Source of the DNA: Euglena gracilis
Lineage: Eukaryota
Reading direction: 5' to 3'
DNA: 64,000 nucleotides
Assembly (NCBI GenBank): GCA_039621445.1
Contig: CP154954.1
Coordinates: forward strand, 38,177,703 to 38,241,702
Shown: positions 47,201-55,978 of the stretch, in pieces
Position numbering within the stretch: the first letter of the stretch is position 1
Layout: every line of letters starts with the position of its first letter
Program-made: the position numbers and the translations under genes
Notes under the pieces: generated by a model
Told to the model about the DNA's origin: nothing
Databases searched by the model: none
Seen by the model: only the letters and a program-made list of their open reading frames with translations

Positions 47201-49255
47201 TTGCAAAACAAGGGCATCATGCAAGCACCCTGGAAATGCATGGGTTTGCATTTTTTTGAGTGGTTGCACAAAAATGACAAAGAAAATCTAGGGAAAAATT
47301 CAAATTAAATCAAAAGCAATGTTGAAAACATAACCGTCCAATGAATGCCCCTGTTGATGAAAAAGGCTCTTTTTGCTTTTCAAATTTATAGAGCAACAAG
47401 GTAAGGATGAGGGGCAGACGCTTTTTTTTTTAGAATTTCGGGGGGTCAGGATCACAGATTCACTTAGCGACCACCGGGGGGGACACTTTCCCCCCGACCC
47501 AAGCCCACCCACCCACGTCTTTTGAATACCTGCCCACCCACCCACGACCCCCCCCCCCCGGGTCAACCCCCCCCACCCCCCCACACAAAATCCAGCAAAA
47601 ATTGGCTGAAAATGCTGAAAAAAATTTCCTTGCCTGGCTTTGGCTGGGCAAAAACTTGACCCCCAACCCATCCTTTGGGGGGGGGGTCACATAAATGTTA
47701 AATAAGTCAATGGTCCAGACCCACCCAGCCACCAATTCCCCCTGGGGGGGACTCAATATTGTGGTTTTATATTGAGAACTGTGTCCCAGACGCCGGTTCG
47801 GGCGGTGGCCCAAACCGGCGTCCGAGGCACTGGCGTCGAAACTGTGGCTAGGGAGATCCCGGTTCACGCCCGAACTGGCGGCTGAGGAATCACGGCCAAT
47901 TTCGTCCCAAATCCCCATGTTTGGGGCAGTTTTGGGCGACTTCAGTCCAAATTGGCTGCCGGTTGAAATTGGAAGATTCCTCACTTCTGAAGGCAAGTTT
48001 CCCATCAATCGAAAGGTCTTCTCAAGGGCTTTCAGCAGATGGCCGTAGAATTCGGCCATAATGCACATAGCTCTTATTTTCAGCCATCGTACATTCCAAA
48101 ATTTGAGATCTTAATTTGTCAAATCCCACAGCTCAGGTTGCATGGTGCAAACGAAAGCTCTCCCCAAGACCTGTCGTTGGTACCCACAGAACTCAGCCAC
48201 ATTTCACGGCGTTCTGAGAATCAGCGATTGCACTTTCCGACCCTGTTTGCAAATTTGAAATTCCACTTTTCAGCTGCCATGTTGCCCATCGATTGAAAGC
48301 TCTTCTCAAAGGCTTTCAGCAGGTGGCTCTTGGATTTCTGCCATCCTGCATGGTATTCTATTTCAGAAATTCTCTAAAATTGGCCGAAAGGAAAAAAACC
48401 GGGGTCTGGCCAAAGACCCCCAAAAACTGCTGTGATTACCACATGTGATTACCACAAAAAATGTGATTACCACATGCCTACAAACCCTTTTGGACACTTT
48501 TTTGGCTATATTCATTTTGGGTCCCCCAGACGCCGGTTTCATGCCCGAACCGGCGTCTGGGATGCCGGTTCGGGCGTGAACCGGGAGCCCCCAGACACGG
48601 TTTCAGAGCTTTTTTGGTGCTTTGCAGGATCACCCACAAACCCCGTCCTAGGTCACCAAAGTTTTTTTTTAAAAAAGGCCTTTTGGTGGGAACGTGGGAG
48701 GGGGGACAATGGTGAGGGTTCCCCCTGGCCGAGCATGTCCCTCACAGAATTGCCAATAAAAGACGTTTACCCCCAAGTACCTTGCTCAAGTCCATTTGTT
48801 ATTTGGTTCACCGGCTTGGGTCTGACAGGCAGGTGGGCCAAAGGCCAGGAAAGCCCTCCAACAATGACAACTTTGAGCAGCAAATCACACACACCTTTCC
48901 AATATGGATGTTGCATTGTGGTTCAAGGGACATCGATGCACTTTCGCAGCTCTGTTCAGTTGCCCTGCAATGAAACAAATTGACATAAGATGGAAAACAA
49001 CATAAAGCAAATGAAACAAACAAAGAGGGCAGCCATGGGCTGCGCAAACCCCCATGTATTCTGTAAAACAATTCACGGCAGCCATGCGGTCGCGACGGTA
49101 ATCTTTTGCCGAGACCAGATTTGGGGGGGAAGTTCACCAAGTAAGGCATCAATTTCCTCAGATGGAGATTTCACCTTCTGGAGGGATTCCACAAACTGCT
49201 TAACAGTGGGAGGGGCAGGCATGCGGGCCTCAGCGAGGTTAGCCAGGCGCATCAT
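995..49255 (-). CDS. Large multi-exon gene (envelope): N-terminal C2-like domain followed by a long Gly/Pro/Ala-rich repeat region; the 3' end is unresolved and may continue below 995
   Basis: Phase-consistent splice chain from 49255 to ~37.4 kb (one 1-nt ambiguity at ~41.0 kb), then repeated phase-1/1 exons down to 7.6 kb; exons are GC3-rich against MITE-filled introns. Confidence 0.7.
6284..7100. mobile_element. Foldback-like element (6284-6847) plus an adjacent inverted partial copy
   Basis: ~120-bp arms tgctaacccc...aaataatacccc / ...ggggttagca; 6850-7100 is inverted relative to ~6420-6700. Confidence 0.75.
7616..7957 (-). CDS. WX-type exon, intact
   Basis: 342 nt, phase 1/1, open frame. 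Confidence 0.75.
8183..10102 (-). CDS. Y-type exon split by a MITE intron (10102-9986 + 8407-8183)
   Basis: 117+225 = 342 nt. Confidence 0.8.
8413..9982. mobile_element. hAT-like non-autonomous element inside a Y exon (predicted intron 8408-9985), with nested insertions
   Basis: TIR catgcatctcttta / taaagtgatgcatg; perfect 8-bp TSD gccggctc (8405-8412, 9983-9990). Confidence 0.9.
10691..11337. mobile_element. MITE with aaattgcgg subrepeats
   Basis: Ends cagggaggggaaattgatac / atatcaattcccccgtg; absent from the paralogous intron at ~18320. Confidence 0.7.
11417..13627 (-). CDS. WX-type exon split by a ~1.8-kb intron (13627-13523 + ~11723-11417)
   Basis: GTPVTAWESQLAPTPREG... and ...QPPLRSAAGG...GSAGSG|gtgtgt; 1-nt frame ambiguity near C runs. 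Confidence 0.6.
11981..12183. mobile_element. 203-bp hAT-like MITE
   Basis: TIR caggggttttt / aaaaacccctg; perfect TSD accacaac. Confidence 0.9.
14375..15998 (+). mobile_element. Full-length Tc1/mariner-superfamily (Tc1-like) transposon, intronic and antisense to the host gene
   Basis: ~76-bp TIRs (caggtcgaattcact.../...agtgaatccgacctg), TA on both sides (14373-74, 15999-16000), internal transposase. Confidence 0.95.
14511..15824 (+). pseudogene. Tc1-like DDE transposase, 6 exons, inactivated
   Basis: Motifs KPLLS, WSDEK, VMVW, APPH, WPPQSPDMNPIE; introns 14644-14693, 14785-14835, 14963-15008, 15217-15267, 15463-15512; frameshift ~15100, TGA ~15197, small deletion ~15527. Confidence 0.9.
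16101..18060 (-). CDS. Y-type exon split by a MITE intron (18060-17944 + 16325-16101)
   Basis: 117+225 = 342 nt, the same length as the intact paralogs. Confidence 0.8.
16331..17940. mobile_element. Same insertion in the duplicated Y exon (predicted intron 16326-17943), different nested content
   Basis: Same TIRs; TSD gccggctc at 16323-16330 and 17941-17948; shares ~30 bp left and ~280 bp right with the 8413 copy. Confidence 0.9.
16539..16889. mobile_element. 351-bp hAT-like MITE nested in the 16331 element; family members at 24712-25047, 26953-~27240 (truncated) and ~28678-28980 (old)
   Basis: TIR catacaattgctta / taagcaattgtctg; perfect TSD gtacccat; cagtcagtcac subrepeats. Confidence 0.9.
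18385..18567 (-). CDS. Chimeric exon: 5' part of a Y exon fused in frame to the 3' part of a WX exon
   Basis: 183 nt, phase 1/1; EPHQLAGERPPGPAEWTPKPGRRPEDAPID + AEGGRAAHQRDTEGSVGVAADSSALVGTAGS. Confidence 0.7.
20356..21238 (-). CDS. WX-type exon with GGS-repeat expansion, interrupted at ~20715-20990
   Basis: Paralogous ends (GVPGTAWAERP...; GRPPVYQLGG...AALAGSG|gtgtgc); internal junctions uncertain. Confidence 0.5.
22111..22586 (-). CDS. WX-type exon (needs +1 nt in the G10 run at 22387-22396)
   Basis: 476 nt; one extra base in the homopolymer gives a continuous paralog-like frame. Confidence 0.65.
23209..23550 (-). CDS. Y-type exon, intact (empty site for the MITE)
   Basis: 342 nt, near-identical to 27486-27827. 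Confidence 0.85.
24142..24261 (-). CDS. Z-type small exon GVPHPEGPAHPGEAGAAAW...AVPAAT
   Basis: tcacag|...ACC G|gtttgc; 120 nt, phase 1/1. Confidence 0.6.
24712..25047. mobile_element. MITE of the 16539 family, nested within an older long-TIR element (~24570-25311)
   Basis: TSD cctcgaac/cctccaac (7/8); host arms ttggataccc...gggtcagg / cctgaccc...gtatccaa. Confidence 0.85.
25457..26041 (-). CDS. WX-type exon containing an 84-bp hairpin insertion
   Basis: Paralogous ends; internal frame not fully resolved. Confidence 0.5.
26223..26597 (-). CDS. WX-type exon, intact
   Basis: 375 nt, phase 1/1, open frame. Confidence 0.75.
27486..27827 (-). CDS. Y-type exon, intact (empty site for the MITE)
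   Basis: 342 nt, phase 1/1; GPRRAAGERAPGPAEW...DDDVIVVRSRPSLANLTASRHG...EEEEDDGEE. Confidence 0.85.
28308..28397 (-). CDS. Z-type small exon GTIGSNSNSNVPGRPEDDGPPASLAVPSTT
   Basis: gcacag|...ACC G|gtttgc; 90 nt, phase 1/1. Confidence 0.55.
30295..30654 (-). pseudogene. WX-type exon, degenerate in its 5' half
   Basis: Paralogous splice sites retained but TAA/TAG stops and an indel in the 5' half; 3' half open. Confidence 0.5.
30820..32170. mobile_element. Foldback-like modular repeat
   Basis: ~220-bp inverted arms ~30857-31075 / ~31540-31750 plus repeated aattgcaaaattttgac and gaacccagctgac modules. Confidence 0.7.
32353..33117 (-). CDS. WX-type exon interrupted by a ~0.38-kb insertion; possibly degenerate
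   Basis: Paralogous ends (GLPGTAWG...; ...RPPVYRP...GEAG|gtgtgt); the best join leaves a stop and a frameshift. Confidence 0.45.
35055..35625. repeat. Tandem array, ~146-bp unit x4, followed by two ~230-bp direct repeats to ~36060
   Basis: gggtcgaaaaa recurs at 35061, 35207, 35354, 35514. Confidence 0.9.
37392..37739 (-). CDS. WX-type exon, intact
   Basis: 348 nt, phase 1/1, open frame (AAPGTPRR...GQPPVQWPG...HGSG). Confidence 0.75.
38212..38292. repeat. (ATG)27 microsatellite, intronic
   Basis: Perfect run. Confidence 0.95.
38573..39741 (-). CDS. WX-type exon split by a MITE intron (39741-39362 + 38681-38573)
   Basis: tcgcag| ... G|gtacgc; 380+109 nt joins in frame and aligns with intact WX paralogs. 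Confidence 0.75.
38687..39358. mobile_element. hAT-like MITE forming a predicted non-conventional intron (38682-39361)
   Basis: TIR caggcacctatag / ctctaggtgcctg; TSD accaccac vs cccaccgc (6/8). Confidence 0.85.
40182..40511 (-). CDS. Y-type exon, divergent copy (DDDVIVVRSRPSVANLTANRHG... plus acidic tract)
   Basis: cccag|...G|gtgtgt; 330 nt, phase 1/1. Confidence 0.8.
40596..40640 (-). CDS. 45-nt exon GYAAVEATSMRWQST
   Basis: In frame after MITE removal; donor G|gtatgt, phase 1, matches the next exon. Confidence 0.7.
40646..40814. mobile_element. 169-bp hAT-like MITE forming a predicted non-conventional intron (40641-40817)
   Basis: TIR aaggcttcttttta / taaagagaagcctg; TSD atccaggg vs gtccgggg (6/8). 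Confidence 0.8.
40818..41005 (-). CDS. Exon: ...SPFASWKLAATPPAPLPKEALVAMDDFFPTHPKRRPGRPVAFRGLRGAADGAEYP
   Basis: cggcag acceptor; frame chosen by near-uniform GC3; ends at a MITE-derived intron. Confidence 0.7.
41131..41357 (-). CDS. Exon: GTLTMMLDLNRPVYVDPAGEP... (last C2-like strand plus Pro-rich linker)
   Basis: cttcag| ... |gtgtgc; junction to the next exon is off by 1 nt at a C6 run (41000-41005). Confidence 0.6.
43104..43250 (-). CDS. Exon, C2-like part 3: DPDRSLHIALLDDADAPLSSAVVQLPTAHHVLAAQEVEVAMQTAQNQPM
   Basis: ctccag| ... G|gtgtgc; 147 nt, phase 1/1; high GC3. Confidence 0.75.
43627..43729 (-). CDS. Exon, C2-like part 2: VLQQSAQGKAQAHWMGLIDMRLRADGVSPHTPIV
   Basis: gggcag| ... G|gtgaat; 103 nt, phase 0 to 1. 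Confidence 0.7.
43813..43943 (-). CDS. Exon, C2-like domain part 1: EPIQRLKVLVETLTIELDGPIPSNGPLRLQMKTNAETRTTPPSV
   Basis: ttctcag| ... |gtgtgc; alternating hydrophobic beta pattern resembling C2-domain strands (judged by eye). Confidence 0.7.
48781..48821 (-). CDS. Exon 3: PKPVNQITNGLEQ
   Basis: tgtcag| ... G|gtactt; 41 nt, phase 2 to 1. Confidence 0.65.
48895..48964 (-). CDS. Exon 2: GQLNRAAKVHRCPLNHNATSILE(R)
   Basis: ttgcag| ... AG|gtgtgt; 70 nt, phase 1 to 2, fits both neighbours. Confidence 0.7.
49138..49255 (-). CDS. Exon 1: MMRLANLAEARMPAPPTVKQFVESLQKVKSPSEEIDALL
   Basis: ttcacag|CCATG (cis or trans-splice acceptor); donor G|gtgaac, phase 1; 118 nt. Confidence 0.7.
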
Positions 49256-49318
49256 GGCTGTGAAGGGCGTTTTAGAAACACGTTTTAGCATAATGCAAAC
49301 GTGTCACAAAAAAGTGTT

Positions 49319-49516
49319 AACACGCTTTCCGTAAATGTACACGTGTTACCAAAAAAGTAAACACGCTTTCCTGCAGTGTACACGTGTTACCAAAAGGAGT
49401 AAACACGCTTTCCGTACAATGTACACGTGTTACCAAAAAAGTAAACACGCTTTCCTGCAGTGTACACGTGTTACCAAAAGGAGTAAACACGCTTTCCGTA
49501 CAACGTACACGTGTTC
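49319..49516. repeat. 42-bp tandem repeat (~4.7 units, alternating A/B variants)
   Basis: aacacgctttcc at 49319, 49360, 49402, 49444, 49486; each unit contains acacgtgt. Confidence 0.9.
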
Positions 49517-49694
49517 CAAACACGGTACATTTGCATTGTACCGTGTTTGTAACACGGTACAATTGCATTTACCAAGGTACCCCATTTTTGTACACGTGTT
49601 TACTATAATCGGCATTTTTTGCGCGAATCACGTGGACGTGAACACGGTTTTCACTACCGGTGTACATCGTGGACTCTTAACACGGTTTCAACAT

Positions 49695-49793
49695 TGTTTC
49701 GTGTTCTGATCCCGCTTTTTTACCAGGAAAACCGGGGGCGCCTTTGGCGCCCCCGGTTTTCCTGGTAAAAAAGCGGGATCAGAACACGAAACA
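49695..49793. repeat. Perfect palindrome, 48-bp arms with TTT loop
   Basis: 49695-49742 is the exact reverse complement of 49746-49793. Confidence 0.95.
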
Positions 49794-50903
49794 TCTTATA
49801 GAATGCTTGTCTTGGGTTAGCTTCGCTCTTGCTCCAAATAGAGCGTGAACCCCCCCAGGCCCACCAAACCATGATTTTTTAACCCCCTTCTAGTGAAAAA
49901 AATATTTAAAATCCCTTGCAGCAGCTTCATTTTTCTGGTGAACAAAAATGAGGTCAAAATGTGCCAAAGTCAGGCGGTGTGCAAAAAAAAAAAATACCCT
50001 AAAATTGCCCAAAATGCCTTGTATGGATCCGCTTTGGATCACACTACCTCCTCGGCTTGTCACCCCCCATTCCCCCCTTGTGGTCACCCACCAAACCAGA
50101 TTCCATGACCCCCGTGGGGTTGGAAACAAGGTTTGGTTGGTTGGCTGAAAAGATCAAAAAGGTTGCCCTTGAAATGTCCAATCCAACATTGCTTTTTTCG
50201 AATATTGCAAGATCGCAACCCTGGTGAATGGGCTGCGGGGGCAATGACTTTGACAGGGTGGATGGGACAGGGGGTGCGGGGGGGGGGACGAGGGGGAAAC
50301 ACCCAAAGGTCGAAATCATTGCCTCGAACCTCACGCAAGACAATGACACCGGAAAACCCATCAGACAATTGGGTGCTGTCTCTTTGGGGGTGGGTCGGGT
50401 CACGGGAGGGGGGGGTCAGGGGGGGGGTCACGGGGAGGGTCACGGGGGGAACACCACATTTTCTGTGGCCAAATTTGGAACAACCAAACCCAAAATTTTG
50501 GAAAAAATTCTACAAATTAGGAATTCCCACACCAAAATTAGGAATTTGACACCAAATTAAGAATCACCAACCCCAAATTTGAAAAATTTGTGTGTCAAAT
50601 TAGGTTAATCAAATTAGGCACCACCAGCCAAATTTCTTCCTGGAAAAATTTGGCCGAAATGGGTCGTAGGTCGGGCCACAGGGGGGTCACGGGGGGGGGG
50701 TCACGAGGAGAACACCCCCATTGGTGAGAAGACCAGAGACGTTGGAACTCTTAAGGAGAAATGCCTATAACCTTGGCATGTTGGTTAACTTGGTTGTCAG
50801 GGGTGCTAAAACGAGAATGATGTCCAAAAAAATGCTTTAAACACGTTTCACAAAAAGTCAGATCTGCATCGCAACTCAAATTTTTTCATCATCAATTTTC
50901 GCA

Positions 50904-51086
50904 GGGGGTGTTATGCGGGGGGAGGCTGTGGCCCAACTACCTCTACGCATTTTCTTTGACGTCACTCAAAATTGTGTGTGTTTTTTCTCTGGTTGATGAA
51001 AAAATGTGCCCCGCCAATATTTGGGACGCGGGGGGGGGGACGCGGGGGGGGGGACGCGGGGGGGGGGACGCAGGGCAAACACCCCC
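50904..51086. mobile_element. PIF/Harbinger-like MITE; relatives at 50386-50719, 52442-52809, 55258-55518
   Basis: TIR gggggtgtt / aacaccccc, 3-bp TSD gca; others have TSD ggc (52442) and tta (55258). Confidence 0.8.
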
Positions 51087-52441
51087 GCAGTTCTCGAATC
51101 TGCTTTTCCATCCATCCACCCTGGCCAGGCCTGCTGCCACGTCAAGCCTAGCATATGTGACACACAACTTTTTTTTGTGATACATGATGGACATTTTTTT
51201 TGGGTGATACACACTTAATGAATCAACCTTGACCCCATGCCCCCCTCCCACGATACGAGACACCGAACCTTGTCCATGGCCCTCCGGAGTCCCCCCCTAA
51301 ACCCAGGTAGGGGGGAGCGACATAACAATGCTATATATGTGTGTACATTTTGACATATTTCATATGTAGTCCAGTGTAGTTCATTTTTGGACCCCCAACC
51401 CCCTTGTCCAGTTCAGTTCCTGGCTCTTCCAGGGGGGTTCATAGGACCCACCCAGCGCCTGACCGGACAGGTGTATTTGCCAAAAATTGACCCCAAATGG
51501 CCGAATGGCCAAAGTTGCCCTTATTTGCAAAATTTTTAACCCTCCCCCCCTATCAGTTGAGTTCGCCCAAATCTACACGGGTCCAGTCCCCCCCCCAAAT
51601 ACCTAGCCTCCCTTGGTGATGAAGACAGCAAAAAAAAAACAGCAAAAGCACACCTGCAAGGAGCTTTGACGCATCCTCATTCCTGCATGGTAAAAAAAAA
51701 AACCCTACAAGAACGATGGGGGGTGTCCGGACCCCCCCCTCCCGCGCCCCAACCTCCCTCTCCCCACACTGTGCCCAGCTTCCCCAAGAAAAAAAAAACT
51801 CGAAAAAATCGCGACTTTTTTTAGGCTAAAAAATAGCCCAAAATGACCGTTTCAGGGAAAAAATGGCAATTTTGGGGGCCGCGCGCTTGGCGTGCGGCCC
51901 AAAAAGCATTTTCTTTTCATCAAAAATGGTCCAAAAATGGCCGAAAAATGACCACTTTGGACCCCAAAACCACCGATTTCAGGACGCGTGCTGCCCGCGC
52001 GGCCGCCCTCGGACGCCGCCGCTCGCCCCCCCCCCCACCATGCCAAGCCTCCTGAAGGGCAATGCCTCGTTATTTGGGGGGGTTTACATTTTTTGTCAAC
52101 ACCTTTGATGATAACTTTTGGAACCGCCTCCCTGTATAATTTTTCTTATTTTTTTTGAACAAAGCAAATAATGAGTGGGCAGTGCCCAAATAACGGGGCG
52201 GGGGGGGGGGGAAGGCCGAAAAAGATGGTTCCAACAACGGGGAACCCTCAGTTTTTTTGGTCCAAGAGGTTAGTGAGGACGAAAATATTCCACAATTCTT
52301 GCCTGCCGCGAGCACATACATGTACATGTGTATACAAACATGCATGCATATCTGTGTGTATGGCAGGGATTTACCAGTTATCCCCCTAGGGGGGTCCATT
52401 GGTAGTAAAAATCGGGGCGGGATCCAACGTTTGATGATGGC

Positions 52442-52809
52442 GGGGGTGGGGCGGGACACGGGGGGGACACGGGGGGGGGGACACGGGGGGGGGGGACACG
52501 GGGGAAAAATCCCTCTTTTCGGGACCTTTAGGGACGAAATTTGCGACTTTTTGAGGGACCAAAAATTCATTTCACATTGACCCCGAGCCAAGCTCCAGGC
52601 CATACTAGGTGAAAAAAAAAGGGATTGTGGGTGGGGGAAAGTCAAATGGCCTTGAGAATCCATGAAAAACCGTGGAAAATGATGCCAAACAGCTAAAAAT
52701 TCATGCTGCATGTTGCCTTGGCCGCCTTCTAGGGACCCCCCCCTGAAGTACGGGACACGGAGGGGACACGGGGGGGGACACGGGGGGGGGACACGGGGAT
52801 CACACCCCC
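52442..52809. mobile_element. Harbinger-like MITE nested in an element (~52175-52850) whose uninterrupted inverted sibling lies at ~8700-9015
   Basis: TSD ggc; the empty site is visible in the sibling at ~8745. Confidence 0.8.
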
Positions 52810-52914
52810 GGCAGGTAGTGCCCAAATAACGGGGCAGGGGGGGAGGTCAAAAAGGTTCATTTGTCTGTAGTGAGTCAAAAGGATTCGTTAATGTGCAATG
52901 AGTACCTTGCCATC

Positions 52915-52963
52915 GGTCAGATGGTCAAGTGGTCAAAGACGCCAGCTTCAAACGCTGGTCTCC
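52915..52963 (+). pseudogene. Truncated 5' half of the same tRNA-Leu(CAA), inverted
   Basis: Two mismatches to the minus-strand copy; lacks the T arm and 3' acceptor strand. Confidence 0.75.
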
Positions 52964-53015
52964 TCCAGATCATTCTTTATTCACCAAAAATGGATTCCTC
53001 ATCAGTTGGGGAAAA

Positions 53016-53095
53016 TGATCAGAGTGGAATTTGAACCCACGCCCCCGGAGACCAGCATTTGAAGCTGGCGTCTTTGACCACCTGACCATCTGACC
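53016..53095 (-). tRNA. tRNA-Leu(CAA)-like gene (functional, pseudo-tRNA or SINE head)
   Basis: Acceptor GGTCAGA/TCTGATC+A; D arm GTC/GAC; anticodon arm CCAGC-TTCAAAT-GCTGG; short variable arm; T arm GTGGG-TTCAAAT-TCCAC; followed by TTTT. Confidence 0.7.
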
Positions 53096-55709
53096 GATGA
53101 CTATCAACAAAGCACATATCATAACTTAATGTGACCCTCACCCCAGGGTCACTCATTTCAATTGTCATATTTGTATCATGGTTCGGCGTGCCGTGCCGAG
53201 GGGGTCGGCCGACCAGGGGGGGGGGGGGCACCCATTTTGCCGTGCCGAGGGCACCATGAACTTCGGCTCGGAGTGTTCCTCCTAGGCCGCTTTCCAAAAC
53301 ACACACGCAGCAAGAAGTGATCTACATCATCCTTCTCACCAAAAAAGTCGAGGACGTGGAACAAGGACTGATGGGCAAAGCACCCGTCTACACATTGTCT
53401 CCTCTCCAGTGACACAAAAGATTTCAAACTATGTCTGTGATGAAGAACCAGAAGGGTCACTGGATTGAACGTATACATCCGGAACGGGTCCGACCCCCAG
53501 GGGGGGGGTGGTATACCTTTATGCCAGTAACGGGTTCAGCCCCCCCCCCCCCCATTCCCCATTGACCAATTATTTGACCCCCCTAATTGGCCAATTGCCT
53601 CCAGGACCAGTGGTGCAGAAGTAATTTTTTCTCGGGGGGGGGGGGGGGCTTGACTTGACAAGGTTGAATAATCATTGTTTTTTTCCCGCCGCCCTTCGGG
53701 CAGAGAGACCGTAGTTGAATGTGACAAAAAAATGTGCAATGGAGGCCAGGTAGTCAGTCCACTTCGGGACCCCGGGACCCGGCTCCCCCGCTGTTCAGTT
53801 CACTTCGGAAGTGAACAGGTGGGACCCGAGACCCCCCCCCCCCCGTGTGTAGATGTACCTGCGAAATCCGGAACGACAGGCGAACACCGAAAAGGGCTTT
53901 TTCAAAAAATTTTCGGCGGACCCCCCCCCCTCCAGGAAGTCAACATGTCCAGTTCAGTTCGGAAATGAACAGGGGGTTCCCAGCCCCCCCCGGACACTTG
54001 GCCCCAATGGAGTGCAATGGCAGTCGAGTTCGGGCCCCAAAACCCCCCTCCCCCCCCTTGTCTGATTGAGTTCGGAATTCGACAGGGGGTCCCACGAGCC
54101 CCCCCCGTCTAACCAATCTAGACCCCGGAGAACAGGCGGTAAGGTGAAGTTCAGGACCTGCACCCCTTTGTTGGCCAAAAATGGCCAACAAATGACAAGT
54201 TTTCGAAAAAATTCCATGAACCATTAACCTCAAAATGGCCATTTTGGGAGAAAAGGGAGCAAAATTTCACCCATCAAAATTTCACCCCCATCAAATCGGT
54301 GAAGTTCACTTGTGAACTTCACCGGTAAACTTCACCGTTGAGCATCCCCCCCCCTGGTGAACGTTCACCGGTGAACTTCACCGAGGCTAAGCGCGCCCCT
54401 CGGGGTGGGGGGGTCCGGGACGCTTCCCCCCCACGCGGCCCCTGCGCGGCCGCTTGCGCAGCTGCTCGCCCCCCCCCTCCCCCCATTGGGGGGTTGGTAC
54501 GCCGTGGCGAGGGGGTCCGAATGGGGGGTAAATGGCGTGGCGAGGGGGTCGGCGACCGGGGGGGGGGGGGCTGTACCTTCAAAAAATCGCGAAAATCCCC
54601 GGTGGTGTGGCGAGGGGGTCCGGCTGGGGGGGTAAATGGCGTGGCGAGGCCCTCAGAGAGGGGGGGAGGGGTGTACCAATCCCCCATTGTGCCTAGCATC
54701 CCACGAAAAAAAGTTGTCGCAAAAATTCGCGACTTTTTTGAGGCCCAAAAATGGTGAAAAATGACCATTTTTGGAGAAATGGTCAAAAATGGATATTTTT
54801 GGACTTTTTGGACATAAAATGGACATGTTAGGGGCCGCGCGCAGAGCGCGCGGCCCAAAGGAGGCTAGGTAGTCAAGTTCGGGTCGCCAAACCCCCCCCT
54901 GTCCGGTTAAGTTCAGACCTCGACAGGAGGGTCCCACGGCCCCCGGTACTTCGGCCCCCAAAAGCATTTTTTTTTTATCAAAAATGGCACTTTTTGGACC
55001 CAAAAATCACCGATTTTGGGACGCGTGCCGCCAGCGCGGCCGCCCTCGGACCCCCCTCCCCCCCTCCCCCCCGCGCGGCCGCTCGCCCCCCTCAGTCCTC
55101 TCGTGAAAGGACTACTCATTCATCCAAAAAAAAAGGGTCCTAAACAAATCCACCGTGAAGTTGTTCCTTTCAGCGAAAGGGTCCTGCGTTTTAGGGTTTT
55201 GGCAACTCGCTGCCTTTCGATGTGGATAGGGGTAATATTGGCATCTTCCCGGTTTTAGGGGGTGTTCCCACTCTGAAGCCGATTCCAAAAAGTACAAAAA
55301 ACTCCCATCAATTAGGAATCTGCCAATCAATTAGGAATCAAAAGTGTGTCACAAATTCCTAATTAGACCTATTTTTGGACCCAAATGGCACGCAAAATTC
55401 CTAATAAGGATCTAAAATGGAAAGAATGACATCACACAAGTCACACATGACCTGTGAAAAAACCCATTTCCCCCCGCGACACCCCCCGCGCCCCCCCCCC
55501 CCCCGCGACCCCCCCCCCTTAGGTGCCTTGTTGGTACCTTGTGGGTCATCTTTGCTGGGTTGCGGGGGAAGTTGTTGGGATGATCCGTGTTGATTTAGCT
55601 TGAATAGGGAGAGTGAGTGCCTGTTGGGGGGGTGTCGCCATTTGCAAACGGCTCGGTTTAGAAGCACCACACAAATTGTTCAGATATCTCCTTGGCCAAT
55701 GTCAAGGAA

Positions 55710-55978
55710 CAGGGTTGTTTGGTTAACCAATCTTCGGTTAATCGACCACGACCCCCCTGGTTAATCGATCGACCAAGGCCCAATCGGTTAATGCCAATCG
55801 GCTCAATCTTTGTTCGGATGAACCTGGGGCCTCTTGGCATTATTGGGAAATAAACAAATCCCATGGAATTTTCAGCTTCCCGCTTGTGCACGCCATTAAT
55901 CGGTTAATCGATCGAGGACCCCGGTTGACCACGGTTAATCGACTAGTTGAAAAAGGTCCGGTTAACTCATCAACCCTG
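55710..55978. mobile_element. hAT-like MITE with ggttaatcga subrepeats
   Basis: TIR cagggttg / caaccctg; flanks caaggaa / caaggaaa. Confidence 0.8.
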
